From: an uncultured Acidimicrobiia bacterium
Lineage (GTDB): Bacteria > Actinomycetota > Acidimicrobiia > Acidimicrobiales > AC-14
Assembly: GCA_963836205.1 (NCBI GenBank)
Contig: CAWIIV010000008.1
Location: 169,831-233,830, forward strand
Length of the DNA: 64,000 nucleotides
Reading direction: 5' to 3'
Positions 51,820 through 64,000 of this stretch are shown one piece after another (position 1 is the first letter of the stretch; every line of letters starts with the position of its first letter). Made by a program: the position numbers and the translations under genes. The notes beneath the pieces are model-generated. The model searched no databases. It was not told the origin of the DNA and was given only the letters and a program-made list of their open reading frames with translations.

Positions 51820-52179
51820 ATGCAACAGCGCCGGTGGTTGAACCCCGCCCAACCGCAGACCCTCCAGATCGCCGTTTTCCTGTTCTACGCCAACTCGGCG
51901 TTCATCCTGCTGGCCCTGCTGCTCAACGCCGACCTCCCGATCCTGTACGTCGCCATCTTCGCCGGCCAGATCCTGGCCGGCTACGGGATCGCCAACGAGG
52001 TCAAGTGGGGCTACATCCTCGGCATCGTGATGGCGGTGACCCCCTTCGCCATCCGCTTCTACTACTACGACAACCCCTTCGTCGGCACCGGGCTCCTGAG
52101 CCTCATGTTCGAGATCGCCCTGATCGCCCTCCTCCTCCACCCCCAATCAAGGGACTACCAACGCATCTGGTTCAAATAG
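51820..52179 (+). CDS. Small membrane protein
   Basis: ~4 TM helices, host-like codons, ends LHPQSRDYQRIWFK. Confidence 0.8.
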   Translation: MQQRRWLNPAQPQTLQIAVFLFYANSAFILLALLLNADLPILYVAIFAGQILAGYGIANEVKWGYILGIVMAVTPFAIRFYYYDNPFVGTGLLSLMFEIALIALLLHPQSRDYQRIWFK

Positions 52180-52215
52180 CAGCTCATTGGCTGCTGTAAG
52201 GGGTACGGTCGGTCG

Positions 52216-52950
52216 ATGGGCAAAGCCACCGCGCTACTAAACGATCGCGCCAACGCCGCCTGGGATGCAATACGTAGGAGTCCGGTGGCCGGCGTTTACC
52301 TCACGGAGCTACATAGGCTGGCTACTGACATTGTCGTTAGCCTAGAGGCTGCGCTTGCCGCCGTTCCTGTGCCACAACCTGGGTCCGGGCTCATTACCGT
52401 GAATCATGAAGTTCATCGCCACATCCTGAACGCTCTTGGGGCCGGAGCACGCCTGAAGGGCCTGTGTTTCGACAGGAGCAAGGGGTACAAGCAGACAGAC
52501 TTGGAGCACAAGATCCTCCTCCGGAGGGCTGCGTGGGTGCGCGAGCTTCTCGTGGGGATCGATCTCGCCCCTCTGAAGGAAGCACAAGTGCGAAATACGC
52601 TTGAACATTTCGATGAGTATGTGGATCGGTTGGCATTGGAGGCCTACGAGGGAGACATTTCCATGCCTGCCCTGGTGCCCGTGGATATGGCCCTTAGTTC
52701 GCGAAACCTCCTTAGCCAGTTCGCCATAGGGAACGAAGAACCAACTATGTATTGGGTTCGAATCTACATCTCCGATGAGAAATGCTTCATCAACTGTGGT
52801 CACGAAGTGCGCGTTGAGCCCCTGCGGCTGACTGCCGGGTCGATCCGCGATCGACTTGGACCGCTTTTGGGGAATGCGGCCGAACATGACGGATCCTCGA
52901 TGCTCGTCCTCACGGAGCGTTCGTTCAAGATGCCGAAGTGCGAAAGGTAG
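52216..52950 (+). CDS. Hypothetical protein with Rx4H motif, foreign base composition
   Basis: 244-aa ORF, many A/T-ending codons, RNTLEH motif. Confidence 0.75.
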   Translation: MGKATALLNDRANAAWDAIRRSPVAGVYLTELHRLATDIVVSLEAALAAVPVPQPGSGLITVNHEVHRHILNALGAGARLKGLCFDRSKGYKQTDLEHKILLRRAAWVRELLVGIDLAPLKEAQVRNTLEHFDEYVDRLALEAYEGDISMPALVPVDMALSSRNLLSQFAIGNEEPTMYWVRIYISDEKCFINCGHEVRVEPLRLTAGSIRDRLGPLLGNAAEHDGSSMLVLTERSFKMPKCER

Positions 52951-53039
52951 GTCCGGACCAGCGCATAGGTGATACCGCACGCTCGTCACCCATCACACGC
53001 CTACGGTGGACCCATGCACAACGCTCAGCCCTGGGCACG

Positions 53040-53159
53040 GTTCAAGTAGGCCCGTCGGCCCCTGCCGCGGCGCCCCAGGCCGCCTTCTGCAACAAGTGCG
53101 GGACCCGGCGCAACCCTGGCGACGCCTTCTGCCCGTCCTGCGGCAACAGGCTGTCCTGA
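53040..53159 (+). pseudogene. Zinc-ribbon C-terminal fragment
   Basis: FCNKCG..AFCPSCGNRL in host-like codons with no convincing start. Confidence 0.5.
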
Positions 53160-53166
53160 GGATCGC

Positions 53167-54399
53167 TCAGAACGCGACCCTCACAACCGTCGCCCGCAGG
53201 ACGCCCTGGCCGTCGGCGGCGGACCGCTCCAGGAACACGACCGCGCCGGCGGCCTCGCTCGGCGCCTCGAACCCGATCTCGCCGCTGAACGGTCCGAGGA
53301 CGCCGTCGCCGCGGCCGGTGACGAAACCCTCACCCAGGCGCCGATCGGCGAGCATGCCGTCCTCCCGCACCTGGACGACCACGTTGCCCTCGAAGGTGGC
53401 GGCCTGGCCGGCCACGCCCACCGGAGACGACACCCGGTCGAGCGCCGCCGGCCGGGTGACCACGATCTGGGGCGACGACGCCGCCACCACGGTCCACGGG
53501 CCGAGGTCGCCGTCGGCATTGCCGGACATGAGGAACACGCTCATCGTGGGCTGGGGATCGGCGATCGGCGTCCCCCCCTCGCCGGTGGTGAATCCGACCT
53601 TCACCTCGAGCCGGCCGCCGGTGGACGGGGTCGGCGAGCCGAAGGTGGCGGGGTCGACCATGCCCACGTAGCGAGCGGCGAACGCCTTGGCCGTGTCCAC
53701 CGGGCTGGTGAACGTGCGGTCGGCGCCCGAAAGGTAGGCGTCCATCTCCGCCTGCGACGTGAACGGCCAGATCCCGGGGAACGTCGCCGCATCCGCGTCC
53801 ACGAACTCCCGGTAGTCGGCGCAGCTCACGGGCTGGTCCAGCACGATGCCGTTGCCGGAGAACACGTTGACCAGGTCGCCGTCGAGCAGGAAGCGGACCC
53901 CGGAGACGCTGTCGAACTGGTCGAGCGTGCACGTCACCTGGGCCAGGCGGAGGCTGAGCGACAGGCTCCCCCCGCCCGACTCGAAGTCTTTGGACAGGTC
54001 GACCTTGGCCACGCCGTCGGCGATGGTGAGGCCCCGGAACCGGGTCTCGGCGGGGATGGCAGTGCCGAAGCCGTCGGCCGCCTCCGCCGCGGTCGGGCCC
54101 CCGACCAGCCCTTTCATCGATTCCGCGCCGATGGCCGGCACCCGGGGGACGGCCCGGGTGACGGCGGTGATCTTCTCGCCGCGGGTGAAGTAGACGACAA
54201 CTTCCCTCGTCCCCGCCGTCCCGGTGGTACCGGGGACGGTGGTGGCGGCGCCGTCAGGGTCGCCGTTCGTGGTGGTCGTGGCGGGCCGGGTCGGTGTCGA
54301 GCCGGCGTCGACGGAGCCCCCGCCCGAGTCCCCGCACGCAGCTGCCGCCAGCGCCAGCGCCAGCACCACCGCAGTCATCGTCGTCAGCCGGACCTTCAT
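53167..54399 (-). CDS. Lipoprotein with GerMN and Gmad2 Ig-like domains
   Basis: Lipobox AAAC; GPTAAE..TAIP..AKVDLS..AQVTCTL (GerMN); ATFEGNV..GPFSG (Gmad2). Confidence 0.85.
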   Translation of the reverse strand: MKVRLTTMTAVVLALALAAAACGDSGGGSVDAGSTPTRPATTTTNGDPDGAATTVPGTTGTAGTREVVVYFTRGEKITAVTRAVPRVPAIGAESMKGLVGGPTAAEAADGFGTAIPAETRFRGLTIADGVAKVDLSKDFESGGGSLSLSLRLAQVTCTLDQFDSVSGVRFLLDGDLVNVFSGNGIVLDQPVSCADYREFVDADAATFPGIWPFTSQAEMDAYLSGADRTFTSPVDTAKAFAARYVGMVDPATFGSPTPSTGGRLEVKVGFTTGEGGTPIADPQPTMSVFLMSGNADGDLGPWTVVAASSPQIVVTRPAALDRVSSPVGVAGQAATFEGNVVVQVREDGMLADRRLGEGFVTGRGDGVLGPFSGEIGFEAPSEAAGAVVFLERSAADGQGVLRATVVRVAF

Positions 54400-54400
54400 C

Positions 54401-55915
54401 TCACTGCCTCCCTCGGGACCGCCGCTTGAGCGCTCCGACCAGCCCATCGTGGCGGACGGTGTTCACCGTCTCGTCGCCGACAGGTAACAGCTCGGCAACA
54501 GGTTGGGCGCCCGACCGCCGCCGGGGAAGGACGACGGTGAACACCGCCCCCGCCCCCGGGCGGTTGGCCACGGTGACGTCGCCCCCGTGGAGGCGGGCGT
54601 TCTCCCGGGCGATGGCCAGCCCCAGGCCGCTGCCCGCGCTGCGGGGCCGGGACGGGTCGGCCTTGGAGAAGCGTTCGAACACCGCCGCCAGGTACTCGGG
54701 GGCGATGCCCCCGCCCCCGTCGGCCACCTCCAGGCGGACGTCGTGGTCGTCGGCGGTCAGGGTCACCCGGACGGGTGGGCGCCCGTGCTCGAAGGCGTTG
54801 CCGACCAGGTTGCCGAACACCGCGTCCAGCCGGCGGGGGTCGGCCTCCAGCACCACCCCTGCCTCCAGCCGGACCTCCACCCGGTCCGACCAGCCCCGGC
54901 TGGCCAGGGCGCCGCGCACCAGGGCGCCCACGTCGACGTCCTCCCACGCCATGGCGGCCACGCCCGCGTCAAGGCGGGAGATCTCCATCAGGTCCTCCAC
55001 CAGCCCGCCCAGGCGCCGGGACTCCACCACCAGGAGCCGGGCCGCCCGCCGCCCGGTGTCGTCGAGCCCGTCCTGGTGGGCCTCCAACACGTCGGCCGCG
55101 GTGGTGAGGGCGGTGAGGGGCGTGCGCAGCTCGTGGCTGACGTCGGCCACGAACCGGCGTTGGGTCGCTTCGAGGGCGCGCAGGTCGGCCACCGTCCGTT
55201 CCAGGGCCTCGGCCATCCGGTTGAACGACTCGGCCAGGTCGGCGAACTCGTCGCTGCCGGCGACGGGGAGGCGGGTCTCCAGCAATCCCACCTCCAGGCG
55301 ATAGACCGCCCGCCGGGCCCGGCGCAACGGCCTCAGGAGCCCGCGGGCGGCGAGGGCGCCCACCAGCGCCGACAGGGCCACCAGGGCCACCGCCACCCCG
55401 GCCAGGACCGCCCGTAGGGTGCCCAGGTCGCGCTCGATGTCGTCGAGGGGGAAGAAGAGGTAGAGAGTGGCGGTGTCGGCCACCTGCCCGCCCACCACGA
55501 TCCGGGGCCGGCCGGCGACGTCGGTGCGCACCGACACGACCCGTCCCGCGGCCACCGGCTCCGCCAGCCGGGCCGGAACCTCCGCCGGCGAGGTCGAGAT
55601 CGACGTGGTCTCGGTGGTGCCGTCGGGCATCACCACCACGACGTCGAAGGCGCCGCCGGCCCGAGTCACCAGCCGGTTCACGAACGCGGTCACGTCCGTC
55701 CTCGACGCCCCCGGCGGAAGGGCCTCGACGGCCTCGGCCAAGGCCGAAAGGGTGGCCCGGCGGGACTCGTCGCCGGCCCGGTCGAGCACCGCCTGGCGCA
55801 CCAGGGCGTACGACGTGACCGCCACCGCCACCGCCGTCACCGCCGCCACCAGGGCAAAGGTGGCGATGAGGCGGGGCCGCAGCCGGGCGACGGCGAGCGG
55901 CCGGCGTTCGGTCAC
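54401..55915 (-). CDS. MtrB/CseC-like HAMP histidine kinase
   Basis: QRRFVADVSHELRTPLT, NLVGNAFEHG, GSGLGLAIARENARLHGG. Confidence 0.92.
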   Translation of the reverse strand: MTERRPLAVARLRPRLIATFALVAAVTAVAVAVTSYALVRQAVLDRAGDESRRATLSALAEAVEALPPGASRTDVTAFVNRLVTRAGGAFDVVVVMPDGTTETTSISTSPAEVPARLAEPVAAGRVVSVRTDVAGRPRIVVGGQVADTATLYLFFPLDDIERDLGTLRAVLAGVAVALVALSALVGALAARGLLRPLRRARRAVYRLEVGLLETRLPVAGSDEFADLAESFNRMAEALERTVADLRALEATQRRFVADVSHELRTPLTALTTAADVLEAHQDGLDDTGRRAARLLVVESRRLGGLVEDLMEISRLDAGVAAMAWEDVDVGALVRGALASRGWSDRVEVRLEAGVVLEADPRRLDAVFGNLVGNAFEHGRPPVRVTLTADDHDVRLEVADGGGGIAPEYLAAVFERFSKADPSRPRSAGSGLGLAIARENARLHGGDVTVANRPGAGAVFTVVLPRRRSGAQPVAELLPVGDETVNTVRHDGLVGALKRRSRGRQ

Positions 55916-56610
55916 GCCGGGCCCGGGGCCGGGGCCGGGGCCACCAGCTTGTACCCCACCCCCCGCACCGTCTGGATCAGGGTCGGGTTGGCGGGGTCGT
56001 CCTCCACTTTCGACCGCAGCCGCTGGACACACACGTCGACCAGCCGGGAGTCGCCCAGGTAGGAGTACTCCCACACCCTTTCGAGAAGCAGGGCCCGGGT
56101 GAAGACCTGCCCCGGGCGGCGGGCCAGCTCCAGCAGCAGCTTCAGCTCGGTGGGGCTGAGCTTCACCTCCTGGCCCCGGTGGGTGACGGCCATGCCCAGG
56201 GGGTCGACGACCAGCTCGCCGAAGCGCATGGCGTGCTCCTCCGGCTGCCGCGCCTGCCGGCGGAGGACGGCCTTGACCCGGGCCAGCAGCACCCGGGTCT
56301 CGAAGGGCTTGGTCACGTAGTCGTCGGCGCCCGACTCCAGGCCGACCACCACGTCGATGGGGTCGGCCTTGGCCGTGAGCAGGATGATGGGCACCTGGTC
56401 GACGGCCCGGATCCGCCGGCACACCTCGAAGCCGTCCATCACCGGGAGCATGACGTCGAGCAGGACGAGGTCGGGCCGCACCTGCCGCCACCGCTCGATG
56501 GCCTCGTCGCCGGCGGCTGCCGTGGCCACCCGGTGGCCGTCGCCCTCCAACGCCATCGTCACCGCCTCCCGCACGGAGGCGTCGTCCTCCACCAGCAGGA
56601 TGGAGCTCAC
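55912..56610 (-). CDS. MtrA/CseB-like response regulator
   Basis: [35 protein letters not shown]. Confidence 0.92.
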   Translation of the reverse strand: MSSILLVEDDASVREAVTMALEGDGHRVATAAAGDEAIERWRQVRPDLVLLDVMLPVMDGFEVCRRIRAVDQVPIILLTAKADPIDVVVGLESGADDYVTKPFETRVLLARVKAVLRRQARQPEEHAMRFGELVVDPLGMAVTHRGQEVKLSPTELKLLLELARRPGQVFTRALLLERVWEYSYLGDSRLVDVCVQRLRSKVEDDPANPTLIQTVRGVGYKLVAPAPAPGPA

Positions 56611-56712
56611 CGGGGACCGTCACCCGTTCGAGGGGCGGCCGTTCGAGGGGCGGGGCGGTCCACGGACGAGAGCGTACGGAAGCACGGGCGCCAAAGGGGG
56701 GACAATCGTTCG

Positions 56713-56903
56713 ATGGACTGGTTCGTCGGCAACGCCCTCGACGTGCTCCTGGCGGTGGCCGTGGGGGGGATGCTGTGGGCCGCGGTGGGCCGGTTGCGGC
56801 GGCGGCAGATCTCCGTTCCGAGGTGTCCGGCGTGCGGGCGGGCGACGTCGCTCGCCTACCCCCGGTGCCCGGCGTGCGGCGAGCCGACGCCTACTCTCGA
56901 CCC

Positions 56904-56907
<4 letters not shown>
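56713..56907 (+). CDS. Small membrane-anchored zinc-ribbon protein
   Basis: TM helix then CPACG..CPACG; ATGA overlap with the next gene. Confidence 0.7.
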
Positions 56908-58904
<1,997 letters not shown>

Positions 58905-60174
58905 CCGTTGGTCGGGGCGGGGGTCGGAGCGGCCACCGCGTCGGGCGCCGCCACCTGGGCCACCGCCGCGGGGGTCAGCTTCGGGCGGCGGCAGAGGGCG
59001 AGCCGGCCGTCCGACTGGCGGACGTCGTAGCCCGGCTGAGGGGCGGTGGCGGGGCCGTGGACGACGGCGCCGTCGGCCAGGCGGAACACGCTGCCGTGCC
59101 ACGGGCAGGTCACGCAGCCGTCGGCGAGGGGTCCCTCGTGGAGGGGACCGCCCATGTGGCTGCACACGTCGGAGAGGGCGTGGACTGCCCCACCCGTCCG
59201 CACCACCATCACCGTGTCGTCGCCGGCCTTGACCGCGACCGGCTCCTCGTCCTCCAGGGGCGACTCGAGGGGCGCGTCGACCCAGTCGTCGGACGGGTGG
59301 TCCCACGCGTGGCGGTCGACGTTGACGCCCTTGCGCCAGGCCAGGTGGCCGCCCAGGTAGGCGCCGGCGGTGGCCGCCGCCGCCCCCAGCACGCCCAACG
59401 TCACCCCCGCCGTGCGCCGGCCCCGCTTGCGGGCCACCCACGACCAGGCGTAGAGGTCGAGGGCGACCGCGTTGCCGATGGCGTGGGCCAGCCCGAGGCG
59501 GCGATCCTCGCCGATGGTGTCCGACCAGTCGGCCAGACCGGATGCGACGGTAGGCAGGGCGGTGAGGACGCCCAGGGCCACCAGCCGGTCGGCGGCCTGC
59601 TGGCCCTTGGCTCCACCGAGGAAGTCGATCGCCATGGCGCTGGTCCAGAAGCCGATGGGCAGGTCGGTGAGCACCGGATGGAGGGGATGCCCCATCCAGG
59701 TCCCGCTCAGGAGATCCTTCACCGGGCCGACCGGCACCACCTCCGCCACCTTGGACGACAGCGGCCGGGCGACCTTGTCGAGCCAGGATGCTTCGGCGAT
59801 CCGGTCGACCAACTGTTCGAGCGCACGCGGAGCCATGGGCTCACCTCCGTCTCGCCAGACGCGCTACCCGGGCAGGGTCCGGTCGAAACGATCCGACGAG
59901 GGCCCCCTGGCGTCGACCCGGCGGGCGCCGAACTGAGAAGAAAGGGCGTCGATCCGTGTAGGACGCCCCCGGCGACAACTTCGGGCCGCGCAGACTGGGC
60001 GTGGCCTCCCCAATCATCGCCGACACGCCGAACATGCCACAGCTCAACGCCCGCCAGCCCGGCAAGGGCGACCTGCAGAAACCTGCCTTCGAGGGCCTCT
60101 TCAACACTCGCGGCAGCCTGCCGCGCGCTCCGCTTCGCCGTTGGCTGCAGAACTGGTCCGACGCCAGGTGGCTG

Positions 60175-60506
60175 TTAGAGCCCTGTGAGGCGGCGGGGCC
60201 AGTCATCGACCGTGGTCAGGGTCGAGTGTTCGGCGGCGCCGAGACGGCGTTGCAGCCGCCGTTGCCCGACTGACCGTACGTCTTCGGGCATGGCGAACGT
60301 TGGCCGGTCGAGTCCGCCTCCCACGACGGGCACGTGGTGAGCGAACCCGCGGTCGCGCGTGGTGAGCGGAACGACGATCACCAGACCGACCGGCCAGGAG
60401 TTGAAGGCGTTGGTCGAGACCACGATGACCGGCCGGGTGCCGCATTGTTCGCCGGGGCCTGCGGGGTCGAGGACAGCGAGCCAACTTCGCCGCGCTCAGG
60501 CGTCAT
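60175..60506 (-). CDS. MazF/PemK toxin (apparent -1 frameshift near 60483)
   Basis: MTPERGEV / WLAVLDPAGPGEQCGTRPVIVVS..VVPLTT..DVRSV; ATGA overlap with the antitoxin. Confidence 0.8.
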
Positions 60507-60748
60507 ATCGGCTCGGACGCTCCTTCTTCCCAGTGGCGACCTTCGGCGAGATAGTCGTTCCAGGCGCCTGGGTCCGCCTCGCGCAGCTGCGACATCTGCC
60601 GACCAGCTTGTTCCATCAACGCCGAGTCGGCTACCTCCCGGGACAGTTGATCGAGCAACGCCCGCACCGTCACTCCGCGAAGCTTGGCGGCTGCGGCGAA
60701 GCGGTCTCGCACTTCAGGGGGGACCTTCAGGGATGTCAGATCAGACAT
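60503..60748 (-). CDS. RHH-type antitoxin
   Basis: TSLKVPPEVRDRFAAAAKLRGVTVRALL; acidic C-terminus; upstream of mazF. Confidence 0.75.
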   Translation of the reverse strand: MSDLTSLKVPPEVRDRFAAAAKLRGVTVRALLDQLSREVADSALMEQAGRQMSQLREADPGAWNDYLAEGRHWEEGASEPI

Positions 60749-60823
60749 CCTCGAAAGATATCTACATGGGCATACAAGGGCTTCCCGGGCCGTGTTGCGT
60801 GCCTTGGGGGCCGAGCAGACGCA

Positions 60824-61430
60824 ATCGCTGGTGTGGAAGGACTCGTCGGGCGACGTCATCCCCTGGGTGGCAGCTCCTGGACGCGCTCGGCCGACGGCAC
60901 CGAGACCACGTTCACCATCCGCGACGGCGTGCGGTGGCACGACGGCCAGCCATTGACGATCGACGACGTCGTCTTCAGCTACCAGTACCTGATGAAGCCG
61001 CCGGGGATGGCCGCCGCCGGGCTTCTCGGCCCATTTTCGTGGGCAACGTGAACGAGGTCGTCGCTGTCGCGCCCAACCAGGTCGTCTTCCGGATGAAGCA
61101 ACCGTGGGCGCCGTTCGTCTCCCAGATCGCAGGCCTCGTCCGCATCATCCCCAGGCACATCTGGGAGACGGTCACCGACCCGGCCGCGTTCACCGATCCA
61201 CAGGCGGTGATCGGACCCGGCCCCCACAAGCTCGAGTCGTACGACCTGGCCACGTTCACCGCCGCCTTCGTGGCCAACGACGACTACTTCCTCGGGCCGC
61301 CGCACGTCCGCCGCATCGAGTTCGTCCCCGCGGCTGACCACCTCCTCGCCCTCCAGCAGGGAGACATCGACGCGGCCGACGCCGGTACCGGGGACCAGCT
61401 GCCCGAGAACGCCCCCCGATCCCTTCTAGC
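60824..61430 (+). pseudogene. Peptide ABC substrate-binding protein (family 5) fragment
   Basis: FTIRDGVRWHDGQPLTIDDVVFS, IGPGPHKL, ALQQGDID spread over several frames; no N- or C-terminus. Confidence 0.75.
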
Positions 61431-61635
61431 GAATCGGTCGCCGAGGGCGCCAACGGCCGGCGGCGGCCGCGGCCAGCGCCTCGCCGACCAGGTGCAGTTC
61501 GGCCAGGCGGCCGACCAACGGGACGCCAGCCCCGGTTCCGCTCATGCACAACCCCCCAGCTGCCCCCCGAAAATCTACCCGGGGCCGTCGAAAGCTGCCG
61601 GGGTCGGCCCCGGCGATCGAGCGTCACCTGGCGCG

Positions 61636-62226
61636 TCACCAACCGCCGCGGTGCACCACCTCCGAGGGCGGGCGCCGGCCCCGGACGACGGATGGCGACG
61701 GCTGGTCGGGTCGCGGATATCCGACGGCGAGGGCGCCCACGGGCGAGAAGCGGTCGGGGATGCCGAACTCGGCCCGGAACGCCTCCGGCTGGTGGACCCG
61801 GAAGAAGGTGGCGCCCAGTCCCATGTCGACCGCGGTCAGCAGGGCCAGCAGGGCCGCGAACCCGGCGTCGACGTCCCAATAGGCCACCGGCCAACGGGTC
61901 GGGTCACGGTCTATCCACCCCTTGTCGGCCTCCGCGTAGCGGTCGAGATATGCCTCCCGGGATCCGAGGGGGACGAGCAAGAGGGGGGCCTCCAGGATCC
62001 CTGGCCACCTGAACCCGGACCGCCGATGAGCAGGGAAGCAGGCGTCCCAGTACCTGCTGGTCTGCTCCCTGCCCTCCAGCACCAGCAGCTCCGTCCCCTG
62101 GCTGAATCCGGCCGATGGACCCCGCTGGGCATTGGCCAGAATCCGTTCGACCAATTCCGGCGGCAGCGGGCGGGAATCGAAGTTGCGGACCATCCGGCGG
62201 CGGCGAACGACGTCTTGGAACTCCAT
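61636..62226 (-). CDS. Nitroreductase family protein
   Basis: RRRRMVRNF, PSAGFSQG, AVDMGLG, VGYP. Confidence 0.9.
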   Translation of the reverse strand: MEFQDVVRRRRMVRNFDSRPLPPELVERILANAQRGPSAGFSQGTELLVLEGREQTSRYWDACFPAHRRSGFRWPGILEAPLLLVPLGSREAYLDRYAEADKGWIDRDPTRWPVAYWDVDAGFAALLALLTAVDMGLGATFFRVHQPEAFRAEFGIPDRFSPVGALAVGYPRPDQPSPSVVRGRRPPSEVVHRGGW

Positions 62227-62275
62227 GAACACGAGCATCCACCATTTCCGCCGCCCGAGCGGTCAGCATGTCGTC

Positions 62276-62929
62276 ATGCGAGCCGATGTGCGCTTCCGGG
62301 TGGCGGTAGCAGGGGCGGAACTCCGAATGTTGGTGCTGGCCCCACGACCGTCGGGATGCGTGGGGGTCGACCTCGACTCGGGCGCGTTCGTCCGGGCGGT
62401 GTTTCCCGGCCCGGTCGACGAGCCCCTGGCTCCCCTCGACCTGGTGGCAGGCGAGGTGGGCGACCCCATCGACCCGCCCGACCCCTCCCAACCGGAGGCG
62501 GTGCAGCTGGGCGCGGTGCCCCGCCGGGTCGGCCGGGCCGGGTCCAAACGGGTCGGGCGCTGGCTCACACCCCTCCACCACCCCCCCCAGGGGCCGCTGC
62601 TCGGCTTCGCCGGCGCCCGCATCCCCTACTGGACCCTCGTGGGCGACCGTCCCTCCCTGGCCCTGGTGGTGCCGAGCGCGGCGGCCGAGGTGCGCCTCGG
62701 CCCCAACGGCTACGAGTGCATCTTCGGCTGGCAGGGCGCCACCCACCAGTACCCCCTGGTCGAACCCATCCTGCTCGACACCCTCCGCCAGCTCGAGCGC
62801 CGTCACATGGGCACCCACGACATGGCCCGCGTCCTCGGCTTCCGGCCGGGACGCATCCTGGTGATCCTCAGCGAGCCCCACGACGGCTACTGCTGGAAAG
62901 AGGTCGCCGCCCTCCTGCCCGGGTCGTAG
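62276..62929 (+). CDS. Hypothetical protein resembling dual OB-fold domain proteins
   Basis: GCVGVDLDSGAFVR, PSLALV, VILSEPHDGYCWKEVAAL. Confidence 0.6.
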   Translation: MRADVRFRVAVAGAELRMLVLAPRPSGCVGVDLDSGAFVRAVFPGPVDEPLAPLDLVAGEVGDPIDPPDPSQPEAVQLGAVPRRVGRAGSKRVGRWLTPLHHPPQGPLLGFAGARIPYWTLVGDRPSLALVVPSAAAEVRLGPNGYECIFGWQGATHQYPLVEPILLDTLRQLERRHMGTHDMARVLGFRPGRILVILSEPHDGYCWKEVAALLPGS

Positions 62930-62955
62930 CCGGCCCCGCCGGTAACCTGGGGACC

Positions 62956-63513
62956 ATGGCGCTGCCCGCGCGGTACCGGTTCACGGTCGACGACTACTAC
63001 AGGATGGCCGAGGCGGGTGTGCTCGCGCCCGACGACCGCGTCGAGCTCATCGATGGCGAGGTGGTGGAGATGGCTCCGATCGGCAGCCGCCATGCGGCCT
63101 GCGTCGACCAGATCACCCGGCTCTTCGTGACGGGCGCTGGCGATCGGGCGGTCGTGCGGGTGCAGAACCCGGTCCGCCTCAGTCCCTACTCCGAGCCGGA
63201 GCCCGATCTGGTCCTGGCCCGGCCCCGGCCGAACGGCTACACCGCCGCCCACCCGGCACCGGTCGACGTCCTCCTCCTGGTCGAGGTGGCCGACACCACC
63301 GTCGCGTTCGACCGCGGCCGCAAACTCCAGCTCTATGCCGAAGCGGGAATCCCTGAGGTGTGGTTGATCGACCTCCCGGCGGCGACGGTGGAGGTCTACC
63401 GGGAGCCCGACCCACCTCGCTACCTCCGGCGGGTGAGCGCGGTAGCGGGTGACCACGTGTCGCCGGCCGCCCTCCCCGACATGGTCGTCGCTGTTTCCGA
63501 CCTTCTCCCGTAG
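62956..63513 (+). CDS. Uma2-family PD-(D/E)XK endonuclease
   Basis: FTVDDYYRM, RVELIDG, EPEPD, VEVADT, KLQLYAEAGIPEVW. Confidence 0.92.
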   Translation: MALPARYRFTVDDYYRMAEAGVLAPDDRVELIDGEVVEMAPIGSRHAACVDQITRLFVTGAGDRAVVRVQNPVRLSPYSEPEPDLVLARPRPNGYTAAHPAPVDVLLLVEVADTTVAFDRGRKLQLYAEAGIPEVWLIDLPAATVEVYREPDPPRYLRRVSAVAGDHVSPAALPDMVVAVSDLLP

Positions 63514-63584
63514 CTGTTCGGGTCATCGGGAGCGCTGGAAGCGGACCGGATCACGTCCCTACGAACGCATGAACCCCGAACGGG

Positions 63585-64000
63585 TTAGCGGCTGGCCCGG
63601 GCGGCGAGGTCTTCGGCCATGGCCCAGCCGAAGGCGATGAGGGCGTCGCCGCGGGAGGCGTCGAGCTCGCTCACGAAGGCGGCCACCTCGGGGTCGATGG
63701 TGGCGGGGTCGGCGGCCTCGTGGTCGAGGGCGCCGGGCACGTCGCCCAGGCCGGTGACTACGAAGGTGCGGTCGTTGATGCGGCCCTCGGCCCCGAAGCG
63801 CTTGGCCAGCCGCCGGCCCCAGGCCCGCTCCTCGCCCGACGCCTTGTGGCCGGGACGGGGGACGATCTCGGCCAGCCCCTCGAACGCGGCGAAGCCGGCG
63901 GGGTCGAGGAGCCGGGTGCCGACGAGCACGTCCTCGTCGGGGAACGCCAGCACCGCCCGTCGCAACTGGTCGCCGATCAGCAGCCGGAGGACAGCGTCGC
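63585..64000 (-). CDS. Hypothetical protein (5' end outside the window)
   Basis: Open frame with host-like codon usage running off the window edge. Confidence 0.6.
   Translation of the reverse strand, partial: DAVLRLLIGDQLRRAVLAFPDEDVLVGTRLLDPAGFAAFEGLAEIVPRPGHKASGEERAWGRRLAKRFGAEGRINDRTFVVTGLGDVPGALDHEAADPATIDPEVAAFVSELDASRGDALIAFGWAMAEDLAARASR

Noticed and set aside
60001-60273. Small plus-strand ORF (MPQLNARQ...)
   Set aside because: No RBS or recognisable motif and it overlaps mazF antisense; cannot be supported
60334-63513. 1059-aa SBP-Uma2 fusion protein
   Set aside because: Chance stop-free frame joining a pseudogene fragment, antisense nitroreductase and the real Uma2 gene starting at 62956

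Overview
High-GC actinobacterial chromosomal segment (mycothiol synthase, InhA-type FAS-II cluster and overall gene content suggest Acidimicrobiia; the taxon is my inference). Mostly core metabolism: modC; pgmB-GH65-tryptophanase; MMPL; tRNA-Val and tRNA-Leu; a FAS-II operon (fabD-biotinyl-like-fabH-fabG-acpP-fabF-accD-fabI); his and trp genes (both TrpB1 and TrpB2) split by two-component/ABC blocks; nth, mshD, VIT1, rlmN, an MtrAB-like cluster and yyaL. Most notable non-core elements: (1) a ~1.8 kb islet at the tRNA-Leu 3' end with a 28-bp att duplication, paired arm-like sites, an integrase remnant and a translationally coupled DUF3467-like / HicB-like / HicA-like three-gene module; (2) a compact structured sRNA with a near-consensus sigma-A promoter and U-tract just upstream of that tRNA; (3) a 6S-like RNA overlapping the 3' end of nth; (4) a dispersed REP-like palindrome family, including a 4x60-bp array; (5) an orphan MT-A70 methyltransferase, a lone foreign Rx4H (HEPN-like) gene and a TerB-AAA fusion. 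About eight single-base frameshifts, several in essential genes, are most likely sequencing errors. All family assignments are by eye; no searches were run.
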